From Candidatus Latescibacterota bacterium (GTDB lineage: Bacteria > Latescibacterota > UBA2968 > UBA8231), in assembly GCA_965243025.1 (NCBI GenBank), contig CBDETY010000003.1, positions 6,496,001 through 6,560,000 on the forward strand: a stretch of 64,000 nucleotides of DNA. The letters run 5' to 3'. Under the pieces are notes generated by a model that did no database searches, was not told the DNA's origin, and saw only the letters and a program-made list of their open reading frames with translations. Of this stretch, positions 1 through 10,052 are shown in pieces. Both the position numbers and the translations under genes were made by a program. How positions within the stretch are numbered: position 1 is the first letter of the stretch; each line of letters begins with the position of its first letter.

Positions 1-347
1 TGATCCTGTTCCATGCCGCTTTTCCGAACCGATTCGAGCTTCAACCGGTCGTGCCCACCGCCCGGGACGCAGTTACCGGAAAGTTCATCCTGCCGCAGGT
101 TCTGGAAGCGGCAGCCAGCAGCCCGGAGGGTGGGTTTGTGGAGTATCACTTCGACGATCCCGACGACGACTCCGACAGCGCCGATGTTCCCAAGGTGGGG
201 TATGCCCGCGAGTTCAAAGGGGAAATCCAGAGGGCGGACGGAAGCACCTCCCCAACCCACTACGTCATTGGCTCGGGCTTCTACTCACCCGGTCCGACCA
301 GTATCCAGCCGGCTTCCTGGGGACAGATCAAGGATGAGCGATTTTGA
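1..347 (+). CDS. 3' end of secreted Cache-domain protein (starts before window), ends in SWxxIK motif
   Basis: Frame open from base 3: ILFHAAFPNRFELQP...RDAVTGKFILPQVLEAA..PEGGFVEYHFDDP...PKVGYAREF...IGSGFY, closely similar to the Cache region of 56540..58348; C-terminus PTSIQPASWGQIKDERF. Confidence 0.8.
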   Translation, partial: ILFHAAFPNRFELQPVVPTARDAVTGKFILPQVLEAAASSPEGGFVEYHFDDPDDDSDSADVPKVGYAREFKGEIQRADGSTSPTHYVIGSGFYSPGPTSIQPASWGQIKDERF

Positions 348-525
348 GGACTCCTTTCCTTGGCGTTGATATCACAGTAACGGCAGCCAGACCGGAAATG
401 AAGACAAGAAAACGGGTATCGTCCTGTGGTGGTGGTGTCCCGAGTTGGAAGATCCAGATCCCAATACCGCAGATAACTTTTTCCCGAATCGATTTGGGGA
501 TTTTAGCGTGCCTTTTCTGTGCTGA

Positions 526-1107
526 ATGAGAACTATTTTGATTTTCATAGTTTCTACACTATTAATTAACCTCAGCTTTGGAGCTGGAGATTTAATTGAG
601 ACAACGTTTAAAGATTTTGAACGGCTTGAGATTTATTTGAAGGATGATTCTCCCGAAGACGGCAGGAAAGGCGGAGCGCTTTTCGCCTTCGAGCTTCGAA
701 TCTATGATTTTCAGAAAAATGAAACAAAATACACCGAACTTGATACTTACCCCTTAGTCGAAGGAGCGTTTTTCATTCAGGGAGGATTTCAGAAAGCAGG
801 GTATTTGGCCGCTGACGGGGCGGAGGAGATCTATTTGCTTTTTGATTTTGAAGACCTGAATTACACCGGACCTGAGCCCAGCGAGGTGAATCGGATGGTT
901 ATCGAGTTGTCGGTGGCTAATGATTACTCTATCGAAGTTTTCCTGAACGGGATGCCGGAATGGGAGGTTAGCGCTTTTGGGAATGTAAAAGACCTATCCA
1001 ATAAAACTGTCGTCCTTTTGGAGATTGTCCCAAAGGCAGAAGACACCTCTATTGAAGCCCTGTCCTGGGCGGGGATAAAGAACGCCTTCAATAATGCAGG
1101 CCCCTGA
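526..1107 (+). CDS. Secreted hypothetical protein, low GC, ends in SWxxIK motif
   Basis: Hydrophobic signal peptide MRTILIFIVSTLLINLSFG; C-terminus DTSIEALSWAGIKNAF; visibly AT-rich. Confidence 0.75.
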   Translation: MRTILIFIVSTLLINLSFGAGDLIETTFKDFERLEIYLKDDSPEDGRKGGALFAFELRIYDFQKNETKYTELDTYPLVEGAFFIQGGFQKAGYLAADGAEEIYLLFDFEDLNYTGPEPSEVNRMVIELSVANDYSIEVFLNGMPEWEVSAFGNVKDLSNKTVVLLEIVPKAEDTSIEALSWAGIKNAFNNAGP

Positions 1108-1199
1108 CCTCGGCCTCATCCCCGGCTGTGTCCCGTGAGGGCTTGCGGGGAACACCTCGTGCAGGCTCTCTCGGGCCTCCCGTTTCCATTGCGCAATAA

Positions 1200-3855
1200 A
1201 GTTGGGATGCAGGTTATGGTTGGCAGCGACTCGGCCATCCGGCTGGCGACGTCTCCCCCCTCGCGGGGGACGACCTGGTCGATTACGTCCGGAACACCTC
1301 CGTCGACTGTCTCGGGCGCACTCTCCTTATCGTCGACAACCCGTCGATAAGAGCCGACGTACCCACCATCTTCAGCAATGCCAACATGCAGTCGGTGCTC
1401 GCGGGAATCGAAGAGTCGGCCGCGGCATACGACGGGACCAACGGCACCGGGATGCTGCAGCTCTGGCGTTTCGTCCAGATCGGCTACAACTACCACAGGT
1501 ATTTCCCGGAAGAGTCCGGGGTGGGACGGTTCGATGCGGCGACCGACCGCGCCTACCTCGCCGCGTCGGACGCCTTTGCGGGCGCCGACCAATTCAATGG
1601 CCCCAACGACGAGGCCGCCCAGATCTTGTACTACTACTTCGAGGTTGCATTCGCCGCCGGGCTGCGGCCAAATCACCTGCCGCCGATCAAACAGGTTCTG
1701 TCCGGGTTTACACCGGAACGGGCAGCCAGCGAGTCGGAGATATGCCGGGAGGAGGACGGGGGTGTTCGATATTGCGATGTAGTTGCTCCCCAGCGCTGGG
1801 CCTTCGAGACGGTATTGCGCCGGGTAGTGGGATCCTTTGTCGACAGAGACGAAGGAATCATCGCACACGGGGACTTCCATCAAGCCCTGGAACAGGACCC
1901 GGAATTCGTCGACGTCATCCTGAAGGTGACACGCTACGACTTTTACTTTCTCGTTGAAGAAACAATCCCTTTACCCCGCGGCTGCGCTTTTTGGAAAGGG
2001 CCATCCGGATACTCGTCCGGTTGGCCTGGATGGACAGCCTGAGGGAACCCGCGGTCGCGGCGTTAACCTCCGTTCTCTCCTGGCACGAGCGTCTCAGCAG
2101 TCCCTTTCTGGTCGCGGCCAAGGCCCTGGAAGATCTGGTCGACTGCGAGAGCCTGAACATCTGCCGGGAAGCGCTGGAGAGGGAAATTCTCGCCCAGGCT
2201 GTTCCCAACACCTATCCCTTCGACGACGGTGCCATCCTGTTTCAGACTTCCCTGGACCAGGAGGAAGTGGAGCCTTGGTACTACGAACTCAAGCAGGTGC
2301 AGGCCCAGTTCCACCGTCTTGTTGAAACCGATGAGGTCGTAGAGGAGGACAGGGACGTTTTCACCGCCAGGATCTACGACACCCGGTTGGATTACACGCC
2401 GTTTGAAGCATACCTGACCGGCGCGGACACCAGGGGCATTCACAGTGGGGGTGCCTATGGCGGCGGCCTCATGCGCACCTACCTGGAATGGGTACCCGGG
2501 GAAGCCAAAGACGGTTTTGAGGAGACACTTCGGCACGAGTACGCGCACTATCTGGCCGACCGCTTCGGACTGCAGAACTTTGACCCCTGGTTCAATGAAG
2601 GGTTGGCCGAGTTCCTGGTCGGCAGCACCCAGGCCGAGGGCGTGCGCCGTGGATGTGGATTGGGTGCCGCCGCAGGTGGACCTGGAAACCATTCTGATCA
2701 ACGACAGCGGTGATTTGCGCGCGAACATGAATAGATCCCTCAACCTGTTCGTGGGTCTGCGCTTTTCTGACGAAGTGGCTTCCAACGTCGTGTTGACCTG
2801 GACCGCCAGCATGCCTTTACGCCTGGAGGAAGCCCAGAGGTATGACACTGCTTCCCAGTGCGTAATTGTCGCAACAACCGAAACGACTGGCACTTTCGAC
2901 TGCGGCCAGGTCCTGGATGGGGAACCGGGCCTGGTTATCACGATGCTTTTCACCCCGTTGCAGCCGGGCCTGCTCGATTTCTCCGTTGAATTCTCCGCGG
3001 ACGAAGAAGAGATCGAGCCCGCCAACAATATCCAGGTGCTTCGAGGTCTGGTGATCGCCCCGGACCCGAACAATCCTCCCCGGACTCTGACGAAGCTGTC
3101 CGGCGACAGTCAGGAGGAGCTGCCCCGCGAAGATCTTCCCCAACCCCTTACTGTGTCCGTGCTGGATCGGAACGGTTCGGCCTTTGCCGGGGCGATCGTC
3201 ACCTTCCAAGTCGCTTCGGGCGATGGGACACTTTCGGTGGAAACCGCCGTTACCGACACCGGCGGCCTCGCGGCAAGCACCCTGACCCTGGGAGTCCAGC
3301 CGGGAGAAAACACCGTCACCGTATCGGTGGCCGGCCTCGATCCGGTGACCTTCACCGCCACCGCAAAGGTTACCACCGACTTCGACGGCGACGGCGAGAC
3401 CGGCTTCTCCGACTTCTTCCTGTTCGCAGACGCCTTCGGCACCAGCGATCCCCGCTTCGACCTCGACAGCAGCGGCAGCGTCGACCTCGGCGACTTCTTC
3501 CTGCTGGCCGACCACTTCGGAAGATCCTGCCCGCGGCAAGCTGCTCGTCCTTGCCCGGGAGATGATCGGACTGCCCGACGGACCCCAGCTGCAGCAGAAC
3601 GCCCCTAACCCCTTCAACAGCCGTACCGTCATCTCCTGGTTTCAGCTGCGGTCGGGTCCTGCCCGAGTGGAGGTGTTCGCCCTGACCGGGCAGCGGGTGG
3701 CGGTGGTGCACCGGGAGCCCACAAAGGCCGGAATCCATCGGGTTCACTGGGACGGCCGCGACGACCAGGGCCGTCCCCTGGCCAGCGGGGTCTACCTGTA
3801 CCGGCTGGTTTCCGACCACGGGATTCAGACGCGCAAGCTCACCATGTTGAAATGA
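1200..3855 (+). pseudogene. Decayed M9 collagenase-like metallopeptidase with DUF11/Ig-like, EF-hand/dockerin-like and PNPFN (T9SS-A/FlgD-like) CTD
   Basis: Pieces in successive frames (1200-~1975, ~1975-~2645, ~2645-~3520, ~3520-3855); HEYAHY...PWFNEGLAEF gluzincin motif; DFDGDGETGFSDFFLFADAFG repeat; LQQNAPNPFN...WDGRD...SGVYLYRL; no signal peptide. Confidence 0.7.
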
Positions 3856-4028
3856 ACGGACAGAGTCCGAAACGCTCCTCCGGCGCAGCCACCATGACCG
3901 GGGGTCTTGCCGTCTTGCTGCTTGCTCCCGGTGTGCGAGCGGCCGCGCCTGAACTGTCGGTAGTGTAACCACCCCAAAAAAACCCTTGCGAGTGATAACT
4001 GATGTCGTTGTCTCAGCACCCGCTTCCG

Positions 4029-4946
4029 TCAAGGGCGTGGATGGTAGCTGCGGTGGACCTCGAGAAGGCGGTGGTCGGAGCGCCGCGCGTAGACCCGGGT
4101 CGTGGTGATCCGGGCGTGGCCGAGAAGCAGCTGGACGTCCTGCAGCGGGGCCCCTCCGTCGAGGAGATGGCTGGCGAAGCTGTGGCGCAGCACCGCGGGG
4201 CTGACACGGCGGGTTATTCCGGCGGCATCGGCGGCGGCGCGGAGGATCTTCCACACCCCCATGCGCGACAGCGGGCGTCCCGCGGAGTTGACGAAGAACG
4301 CCGGGCAGTCGGTGCGGGTCACCAGGCCGGGACGGCCGCGTTCCAGGTAGCGGCCCAGGGCGAGGACCGCCTGCCGTCCGAGGGGAACGGCGCGCGGCCT
4401 GCCGCCGGCGCGGACGCGGACCAGCGCCTCGTCGAGCTGCAGCCAGGAGCGCTCGAGCGCGATCAGTTCCGACACCCGCAACCCCGCGGCGTAGAGGAGC
4501 TCGAGAATGGCGCGGTTTCTCAGTTCGAGCGGGGAGTCTCCCCTGGCCCCGTCGAGAAGGCGCTCGGCTTCTTCCACCGACAGCACCTCCGGTGACCGGC
4601 GTTCGACTCCGGGCGCTTCGAGCACTTCCGTCGGATCGGACCGGCACACTCCCTCGAGCAGAAGAAAGCGGTGAAACCCGCGAATGCTGCTGAGGTTGCG
4701 GGCGATCGTGGCGGGGCTGAAACCGGCGTCGACGAGCTTGCCGAGGGTACGCCGCAACAGCTCTTCCGTTATCGACTGGAGGTCGGTCACGCCCCAGCAG
4801 TGGAGACCCGCCAGGTATCGCCGCAGGTCGCGGCGGTACGCCGTCCTGGTGCCGGGGGTGAGCTGCTGCCGGTCGAGGAACCGCTCCAGGACCATCTCGA
4901 AAGGCGGCGGAACCTCGCTTCCTGTCGCTGCCTCCGGCTTCGTCAT
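4029..4946 (-). CDS. xerD: Tyrosine recombinase XerD
   Basis: SAM-like N-domain, LLYAAGLRVSEL, LRHSFASHLL..GA.L..VQ.LLGH...TT.VY; overlaps uvrC stop. Confidence 0.9.
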   Translation of the reverse strand: MTKPEAATGSEVPPPFEMVLERFLDRQQLTPGTRTAYRRDLRRYLAGLHCWGVTDLQSITEELLRRTLGKLVDAGFSPATIARNLSSIRGFHRFLLLEGVCRSDPTEVLEAPGVERRSPEVLSVEEAERLLDGARGDSPLELRNRAILELLYAAGLRVSELIALERSWLQLDEALVRVRAGGRPRAVPLGRQAVLALGRYLERGRPGLVTRTDCPAFFVNSAGRPLSRMGVWKILRAAADAAGITRRVSPAVLRHSFASHLLDGGAPLQDVQLLLGHARITTTRVYARRSDHRLLEVHRSYHPRP

Positions 4947-6805
4947 CCCCGTTCCCCGGCCGCTTCCGCACCGGTGGCGGCAGCGCCCCGCAGATGGGAC
5001 TTGAGGTCGCGGGCGAGCTTGAGGCTGAACCCCTTGACCTCGGCGATCTGGTCGACCTCGGCGTCGACGATCCGCTGCACCGAGCCGAACTTCTGCAGCA
5101 GCGCGGTCCTTCGTTTGGGGCCGATCCCGGGGATTCGATCAAGCGCCGAAGTCAGGGTGCGTTTGCCGCGAAGCTTGCGGTGATAGGCCAGGGCGAAGCG
5201 GTGCGCCTCGTCCCTGAGCACCTGCAGCAGCCGCAGGCTGGCCGAAGTCCTCGGCAGCAGCAGGCTGTCCCCGGCGCCGGGCAGGAACAATTCCTCCAGC
5301 CTCTTGGCGAGGCCGACGGCCGGCTGATCGGTGAGGCCCAGCTGCCGCAAGGCCTCCACGGCGCTGGCCAGCTGTCCCTTGCCGCCGTCGATCATCAACA
5401 GGTCCGGGAGCTCCTCCCCCCGTTCCGCGAGGCCGCGGAAGCGGCGCAGGACGACCTCGCGGACGCTGGCGAAGTCGTCGGCGCCCTCGACGCCTTTCAC
5501 CCTGAAGTGGCGGTACTCGCTGCGCCTGGGCTTGCCGTCGACCATGCAGACGACCGACCCGACGCTGTCGGTGCCCTGAAAGTTGGAGATGTCTATTCCC
5601 TCGATCCGGCGCGGCGGACGCGGCAGGCCGAGGTCGCGCTGCAGGGCGGCGACCGACTGCGGGACCTGGCCCTTGCGCAGCTCCCGCTTGAGCCGGCGCT
5701 CCTCGAGGAGATGGGCGGCGTTCTCGTCCGCCATCTCCTGGGCCCTGGCCTTGATGCCCCGCCGGCTCACCGCGAGACGCACCCGGGCCCCGGCCTTGGC
5801 CGACAGCCATTCGGCGATCATGCCGGCTTCCTCGACGTCGACGCTGAGGTGGACCTGGCGCGGAGTGAAGTCGGTCTGCAGGTAGAACTGGCGCACGAAT
5901 GCCGACATGATCTCGGCGTCGGAATGCTCGATGATGCCGCTGAGGAAGTGGTGTTTCTGCCCGAGCAGGCGCCCTTCGCGAACCTCGAGGACCGCGCAGC
6001 AGGCGTCGTCGTCGCTGCGCGCCAGCCCGATCACGTCGCGGTCGACGGCTTCGTCGTACATCACCTTCTGGCGCCGCTGCATCATCTGCAGGGCCCGCAG
6101 CTGGTCGCGGCAGCGGGCGGCTCCCTCGAAGCGCAGCTCGGCGGCGGCCTTTTCCATGCGGGCCTCGAGCTCCCTGACGATCGAGGCGTTGTCCCCCTTG
6201 AGGAAGCGCACCGCCTGGTCGACGTGGCGCCGGTACTCGTCGCGGCCGGTCAGTCCCTCGCAGGGCCCCTCGCAACGCCGGATCTGGTATTCGAGGCAGA
6301 GCTTGACCTTTTCGGAAGGGAGCGGGTAATCGCAGCTCCTGACCGGGAAGATCTTGTGCATCAGCTCGAGGGCGGTGTGCATGGCGCGCACGTTGCTGTA
6401 CGGTCCGAGGTAGCGCGACCCGTCCCGGACGAGGTTGCGGGTCGCGAAGATGCGGGGGAATGCCTCGTCGGTGATGCGGATGAAGGGGTATTTCTTGTCG
6501 TCCTTGAGGTGGACGTTGTAGCGCGGACGGTGGGCCTTGATCTGGTTGGCTTCGAGAACGAGAGCCTCCTGCTCGGTCTCGGTGACGATGTAGTCGACGT
6601 CGGTTACTCTGCGCAGCAGGGCCTCGAGCCGGGGCATTCCCTGGCCGGCCCCTTCCTGGAAATAGGAGCGCACGCGGCTGCGCAGGCTCTTCGCCTTTCC
6701 GATGTACTGGTACCGCCCCTCGGCGTTCTTCATCAGGTAGACGCCGGGGCGGTGCGGGAGGGCGTCCAGCTTGAGACGCAGCTCCTGGGGCAGGGAGGAT
6801 TTCAT
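4943..6805 (-). CDS. uvrC: Excinuclease ABC subunit C
   Basis: GIY-YIG (PGVYLM..YIGKAKSLRSRVRSYF), RIEGIDISN, IDGGKGQL, RDEAHRFA, HhH tail; start MKSSLPQ. Confidence 0.97.
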   Translation of the reverse strand: MKSSLPQELRLKLDALPHRPGVYLMKNAEGRYQYIGKAKSLRSRVRSYFQEGAGQGMPRLEALLRRVTDVDYIVTETEQEALVLEANQIKAHRPRYNVHLKDDKKYPFIRITDEAFPRIFATRNLVRDGSRYLGPYSNVRAMHTALELMHKIFPVRSCDYPLPSEKVKLCLEYQIRRCEGPCEGLTGRDEYRRHVDQAVRFLKGDNASIVRELEARMEKAAAELRFEGAARCRDQLRALQMMQRRQKVMYDEAVDRDVIGLARSDDDACCAVLEVREGRLLGQKHHFLSGIIEHSDAEIMSAFVRQFYLQTDFTPRQVHLSVDVEEAGMIAEWLSAKAGARVRLAVSRRGIKARAQEMADENAAHLLEERRLKRELRKGQVPQSVAALQRDLGLPRPPRRIEGIDISNFQGTDSVGSVVCMVDGKPRRSEYRHFRVKGVEGADDFASVREVVLRRFRGLAERGEELPDLLMIDGGKGQLASAVEALRQLGLTDQPAVGLAKRLEELFLPGAGDSLLLPRTSASLRLLQVLRDEAHRFALAYHRKLRGKRTLTSALDRIPGIGPKRRTALLQKFGSVQRIVDAEVDQIAEVKGFSLKLARDLKSHLRGAAATGAEAAGERG

Positions 6806-6969
6806 GCGCTTCCCACGTCGATGCGGGCGACTGGCCGGGGGACCGAACGGGCTCTCCGAAATATAGATACCTGAAACCCGTTCTCCACAGGCGGTCGTTC
6901 CCGGTCGGTCCGGCGGTTTCCGGCCTTTGCAGGGGCTGGAGAAATGCGGGGCCGCCGCGACCTGTGAGC

Positions 6970-7090
6970 GGATCCGTCCCGGTTTGGACGCGAATGGCAG
7001 GGGATGCAACCAATCGGGAGGACCTCCCGTCCGCTGGACCGGGCGCCCGCGCCTCGGAGCGGGTTCATCCGGTTATCGACGGGGATTCAA
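6970..7090 (+). ncRNA. Candidate structured RNA (6S-like), tentative
   Basis: Ends pair imperfectly (gatccgtc..ccgg / ccgg..gacggggatt); internal hairpins gggaggacctccc and gtccgctggac; segment gggcgccc...agcgggttca resembles the 6S RNA 3' strand. Confidence 0.25.
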
Positions 7091-7191
7091 TCGGGCTGTC
7101 CGGCGACTGCCGGACGACCTGCGGTCTGTGGGGACCGGCGGCCGTGCCTGCACATGAAGGGCATTTTCAGGCGGAGCCCGGCCCCCCTTCC

Positions 7192-8391
7192 TCAGCGAAA
7201 GACCTGGAGCAGGATCGTCTTGAGGTAGCGGCCTTCGGGAAAGGCGGGGTCGACCGGATGGTCGGGGGGGTGCAGGTTGCAGGCCAGGACCCGGGCCTGC
7301 ACTCGCGCTCCCGCCGCGGCGCGGCGCACGACCTGGAAGAACTCCTCCTGCGATATGCGGGTGGAGCAGGAAGAGGTCATCAGGAAACCGCCGTCGGCGG
7401 CCAGCTTCATCGCGTTGCGGTTGAGCTTGATGTAGACGCCGGTGGCGGTCTTGACGTCGCGGCTGCGGCGCACCAGGGCGGGGGGGTCGAGGACGACAGC
7501 GTCGAACCTGGGCCCGCGCTCCGACAGCTGCTCCAGCATCGGAAACAGGTCGGCGACGACCTGGCAGTGGCGCCGGGAATCTCCGCTGTTGGCGCCGACG
7601 TTCCGCGCCGCCAGTGCGGCGGCGTCCCTGGCGATGTCGACGCTGACCACGGACCGGGCGCCCCCCTTGGCGGCATGGGCGGCGAAGCCGCCGGTGTACC
7701 CGAAGCAGTCGAAGGCGGAGCGGCCTGCGGCGTAGCGCCCCAGAAGCATCCGGTTGCCGCGCTGATCGAGAAAGAAACCGGTCTTCTGCCCGCGGCGGAC
7801 GTCGACGCACAGGCTCACGGCACCCTCCCGGATCTCAATCAGCCGCGGCGGCTGCTCGCCGCGGAGGTGGCCGGAGCGGCGGTCCTTCAGGCCGTCCGCC
7901 CGCCGCGTGCCGACGTCGCTGCGCTCGTGGATCCCCCTGGGTTCGACCACCTCCTCGAGGACGTCGAGGATCTCGGAGCGCAGCAGCTCCATCCCCCAGG
8001 TGTGGAACTGCACCACGAGGTAGCCGGCGTAGTCGTCGACGACGAGGCCGGGCAGGCCGTCGTTCTCCCCGTGGACGAGACGGACCGCGTCGGTGGTGGC
8101 GGCCAGCTCGGGGTTGCCGCGGCGGACCAGGACCGACCTGCGGATCGCCCGTGCCAGGAAACCGCGGTCGATGCCGCAATCGCGATCCCTGGTCAACACG
8201 CGGACGGCGATGGTCGAGTGGGGATTGTAGTAGCCGCGGGCGACGAACCGCGATCTGAAGTCGCACACGTCGACGATTTCCCCGGGGGCGACATGTGGGG
8301 CCGCCGCAACGGCGCCGCTGTACACCCAGGGATGCCCCCTGATCAGCAGGCGTTCGCTGTTGCGGCGGAGCTCGAGTTCCGGATAGCCCAT
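7192..8391 (-). CDS. rlmI: RlmI/RlmK-like class I SAM-dependent rRNA methyltransferase
   Basis: PUA domain GHPWVYSG, HGENDGLPGLVVD, GQKTGFFLDQR, FGYTGGF, LDPP, HPPDHP...PEGRYLK. Confidence 0.85.
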   Translation of the reverse strand: MGYPELELRRNSERLLIRGHPWVYSGAVAAAPHVAPGEIVDVCDFRSRFVARGYYNPHSTIAVRVLTRDRDCGIDRGFLARAIRRSVLVRRGNPELAATTDAVRLVHGENDGLPGLVVDDYAGYLVVQFHTWGMELLRSEILDVLEEVVEPRGIHERSDVGTRRADGLKDRRSGHLRGEQPPRLIEIREGAVSLCVDVRRGQKTGFFLDQRGNRMLLGRYAAGRSAFDCFGYTGGFAAHAAKGGARSVVSVDIARDAAALAARNVGANSGDSRRHCQVVADLFPMLEQLSERGPRFDAVVLDPPALVRRSRDVKTATGVYIKLNRNAMKLAADGGFLMTSSCSTRISQEEFFQVVRRAAAGARVQARVLACNLHPPDHPVDPAFPEGRYLKTILLQVFR

Positions 8392-8590
8392 GGGCAAGGT
8401 GCTCGCGTCAGTCTGAAACCAGGGGACCGCGGAAAAAGAGACGGTCCTGACGAGGGAACTGCGGTGGAGGAGGCGGTCGACGCCGCCTCCTGCCCGCGCG
8501 CGCAAGCAAGGCTGCGAACGGCGGCGGGATTCGCCCCTGCAGGCCCTATTGTCCTGTCCCGGAATCAGGCTGCAAGATATCGACGGGGCA

Positions 8591-9934
8591 CTAGTTGAGG
8601 TGGCGTTTCACCTGGTCCCTGGCGACGGCAAGCAGATCCTCCTCCTCGACGCAGAAGATGCGGAAGATCTTCGCCTGGTCTTCGAAGTTGTCGAGAAGGG
8701 ACTCCCGCAGCCGGGAGACTTCGGGGTCCTCGAAAGCCAGCGGGTCCGCCTTGCCGCTGGGCGCCGCGTCGCCGAAAAAGACCCTGAGATCGACCTCGGG
8801 GCTTTTGTCGAACCGGGGGATGTCGATCAGGATTTCGCTGCCGTTCATGCGCCGTTTCAGGCGGTCGCCGAAGAGCCGGCTGAGCTCGATCTCCTTCGAT
8901 CGGCGCTTGTCCGGGTGCTGGTAGAGGTCGTAGAAGTAGTGCAGGAGCCGCTGCTTGCGCTCTCCCGGGAAGATGAAGCTGGCCACCTTGTAGAGCCGGC
9001 GCCGCTGGACCCCCCCCAACAGAACGGCTGCTCCCTCGAGTCCGAGACGCTCCTGTTCCGCCCTCAGGATCCTCATCAGCTCCCCTTCGGTGACGCCGTG
9101 GAAGTCGCCGTGGGCGATGCGGCAATCGGGGTGGACCAGGACGTCCTGAAGGGAGCGCTTGAACATCGCCGTGGCCGCGCGCACCGTGTGGTGCCAGTAG
9201 ACGTTCCGGTACATCTGGTAGTTCGTGAAAACCAGCGACTCGACCGCCGAGACTCCCTTGCTGGTGATCGCCAGGCGCCGCCGCCGGGGGTCGTATTTGA
9301 TCGCCGATATCAGCCGGTCCCTGTTCACGCTTTCGCCGAAGGGGACGCCGCAGAACAGGGAGTCGCGCAGCAGGTAGTCGATCTTGTCGGGATCGAGGGT
9401 GCCGCTGAGGATGTTTGCCAACAGCAGGTCGCGCGCCGGGATCTCGCGGTCCTTGGCCTTGTAATCGATGACGTTCGCCACCCTCGCAGGATCGACGCCG
9501 ACCTCCTTCCGCAAAACCCGGCTGACGCCGCCGGATTCGTCCTCTATGATCCGGCGCGCGTGTTTTTCGTGGTCGACGAAGAAAGGCATCAGCTCTTCGA
9601 GGGTGTGCGAGAACGGGTAGTGACCGATGTCGTGAAGCAGCGTAGCGGCGAGAAAGACGCGGACGTCCTCATCGGCGAGCTCGAGGGGCGGATCGGACCT
9701 GACGAGGCGGGCGAGGAACTGCTTGGCGAGGTGGTAGACTCCGAGGGAATGCTCGAAGCGGGAGTGCCGCGCTCCCGGATAGACGAGGTGGACGAACCCG
9801 AGCTGGGTGATGTTGCGAAGGCGCTGGAACTCCTCGGTGTCGATCAGGGCGAGGAGCGGATCGGGAGTATGGATGTACCCCCAGACCGGGTCGCGGATGG
9901 CTTTGCTCTCTTCTTCCAGCCAGGGATGTCGCAT
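8591..9934 (-). CDS. HD-domain phosphohydrolase (dNTP triphosphohydrolase/SAMHD1-like)
   Basis: IRDPVWG, FQRLR.I.QLG, HSRFEHSLGV, LLHDIGH.PFSH, LDPDKIDYLLRDS, VYWH. Confidence 0.88.
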   Translation of the reverse strand: MRHPWLEEESKAIRDPVWGYIHTPDPLLALIDTEEFQRLRNITQLGFVHLVYPGARHSRFEHSLGVYHLAKQFLARLVRSDPPLELADEDVRVFLAATLLHDIGHYPFSHTLEELMPFFVDHEKHARRIIEDESGGVSRVLRKEVGVDPARVANVIDYKAKDREIPARDLLLANILSGTLDPDKIDYLLRDSLFCGVPFGESVNRDRLISAIKYDPRRRRLAITSKGVSAVESLVFTNYQMYRNVYWHHTVRAATAMFKRSLQDVLVHPDCRIAHGDFHGVTEGELMRILRAEQERLGLEGAAVLLGGVQRRRLYKVASFIFPGERKQRLLHYFYDLYQHPDKRRSKEIELSRLFGDRLKRRMNGSEILIDIPRFDKSPEVDLRVFFGDAAPSGKADPLAFEDPEVSRLRESLLDNFEDQAKIFRIFCVEEEDLLAVARDQVKRHLN

Positions 9935-9941
9935 CGGGCGC

Positions 9942-9970
9942 AATCTATCCAGCCCCCATTACCCTGTCAA
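9942..9970 (-). promoter_or_regulatory. Sigma70-type promoter for HD gene (probably leaderless)
   Basis: Minus strand TTGACA(9970-9965)-17 nt-TAGATT(9947-9942); ATG at 9934 follows 7 nt later. Confidence 0.65.
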
Positions 9971-9975
9971 CGAAA

Positions 9976-10004
9976 TTGACAGGTGCTCGGAAAGCCTGTA
10001 ATTT
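9976..10004 (+). promoter_or_regulatory. Sigma70-type promoter for ndk-fab operon
   Basis: TTGACA(9976-9981)-17 nt-TAATTT(9999-10004). Confidence 0.65.
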
Positions 10005-10017
10005 GAACGACTTGCCC

Positions 10018-10052
10018 GCGGCCGGAAGATGGAAACAGCCGGCCGTTTTTTT
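10018..10052 (+). terminator. Terminator-like hairpin in ndk leader
   Basis: GCGGCCGG-13 nt loop-CCGGCCGT followed by a T run. Confidence 0.45.

Noticed and set aside
4029-4946. Tyrosine recombinase as prophage or integron integrase for the adjacent secreted genes
   Set aside because: Typical XerD size and motifs, coupled to uvrC; no integron insertion, attC sites or phage genes recognised.
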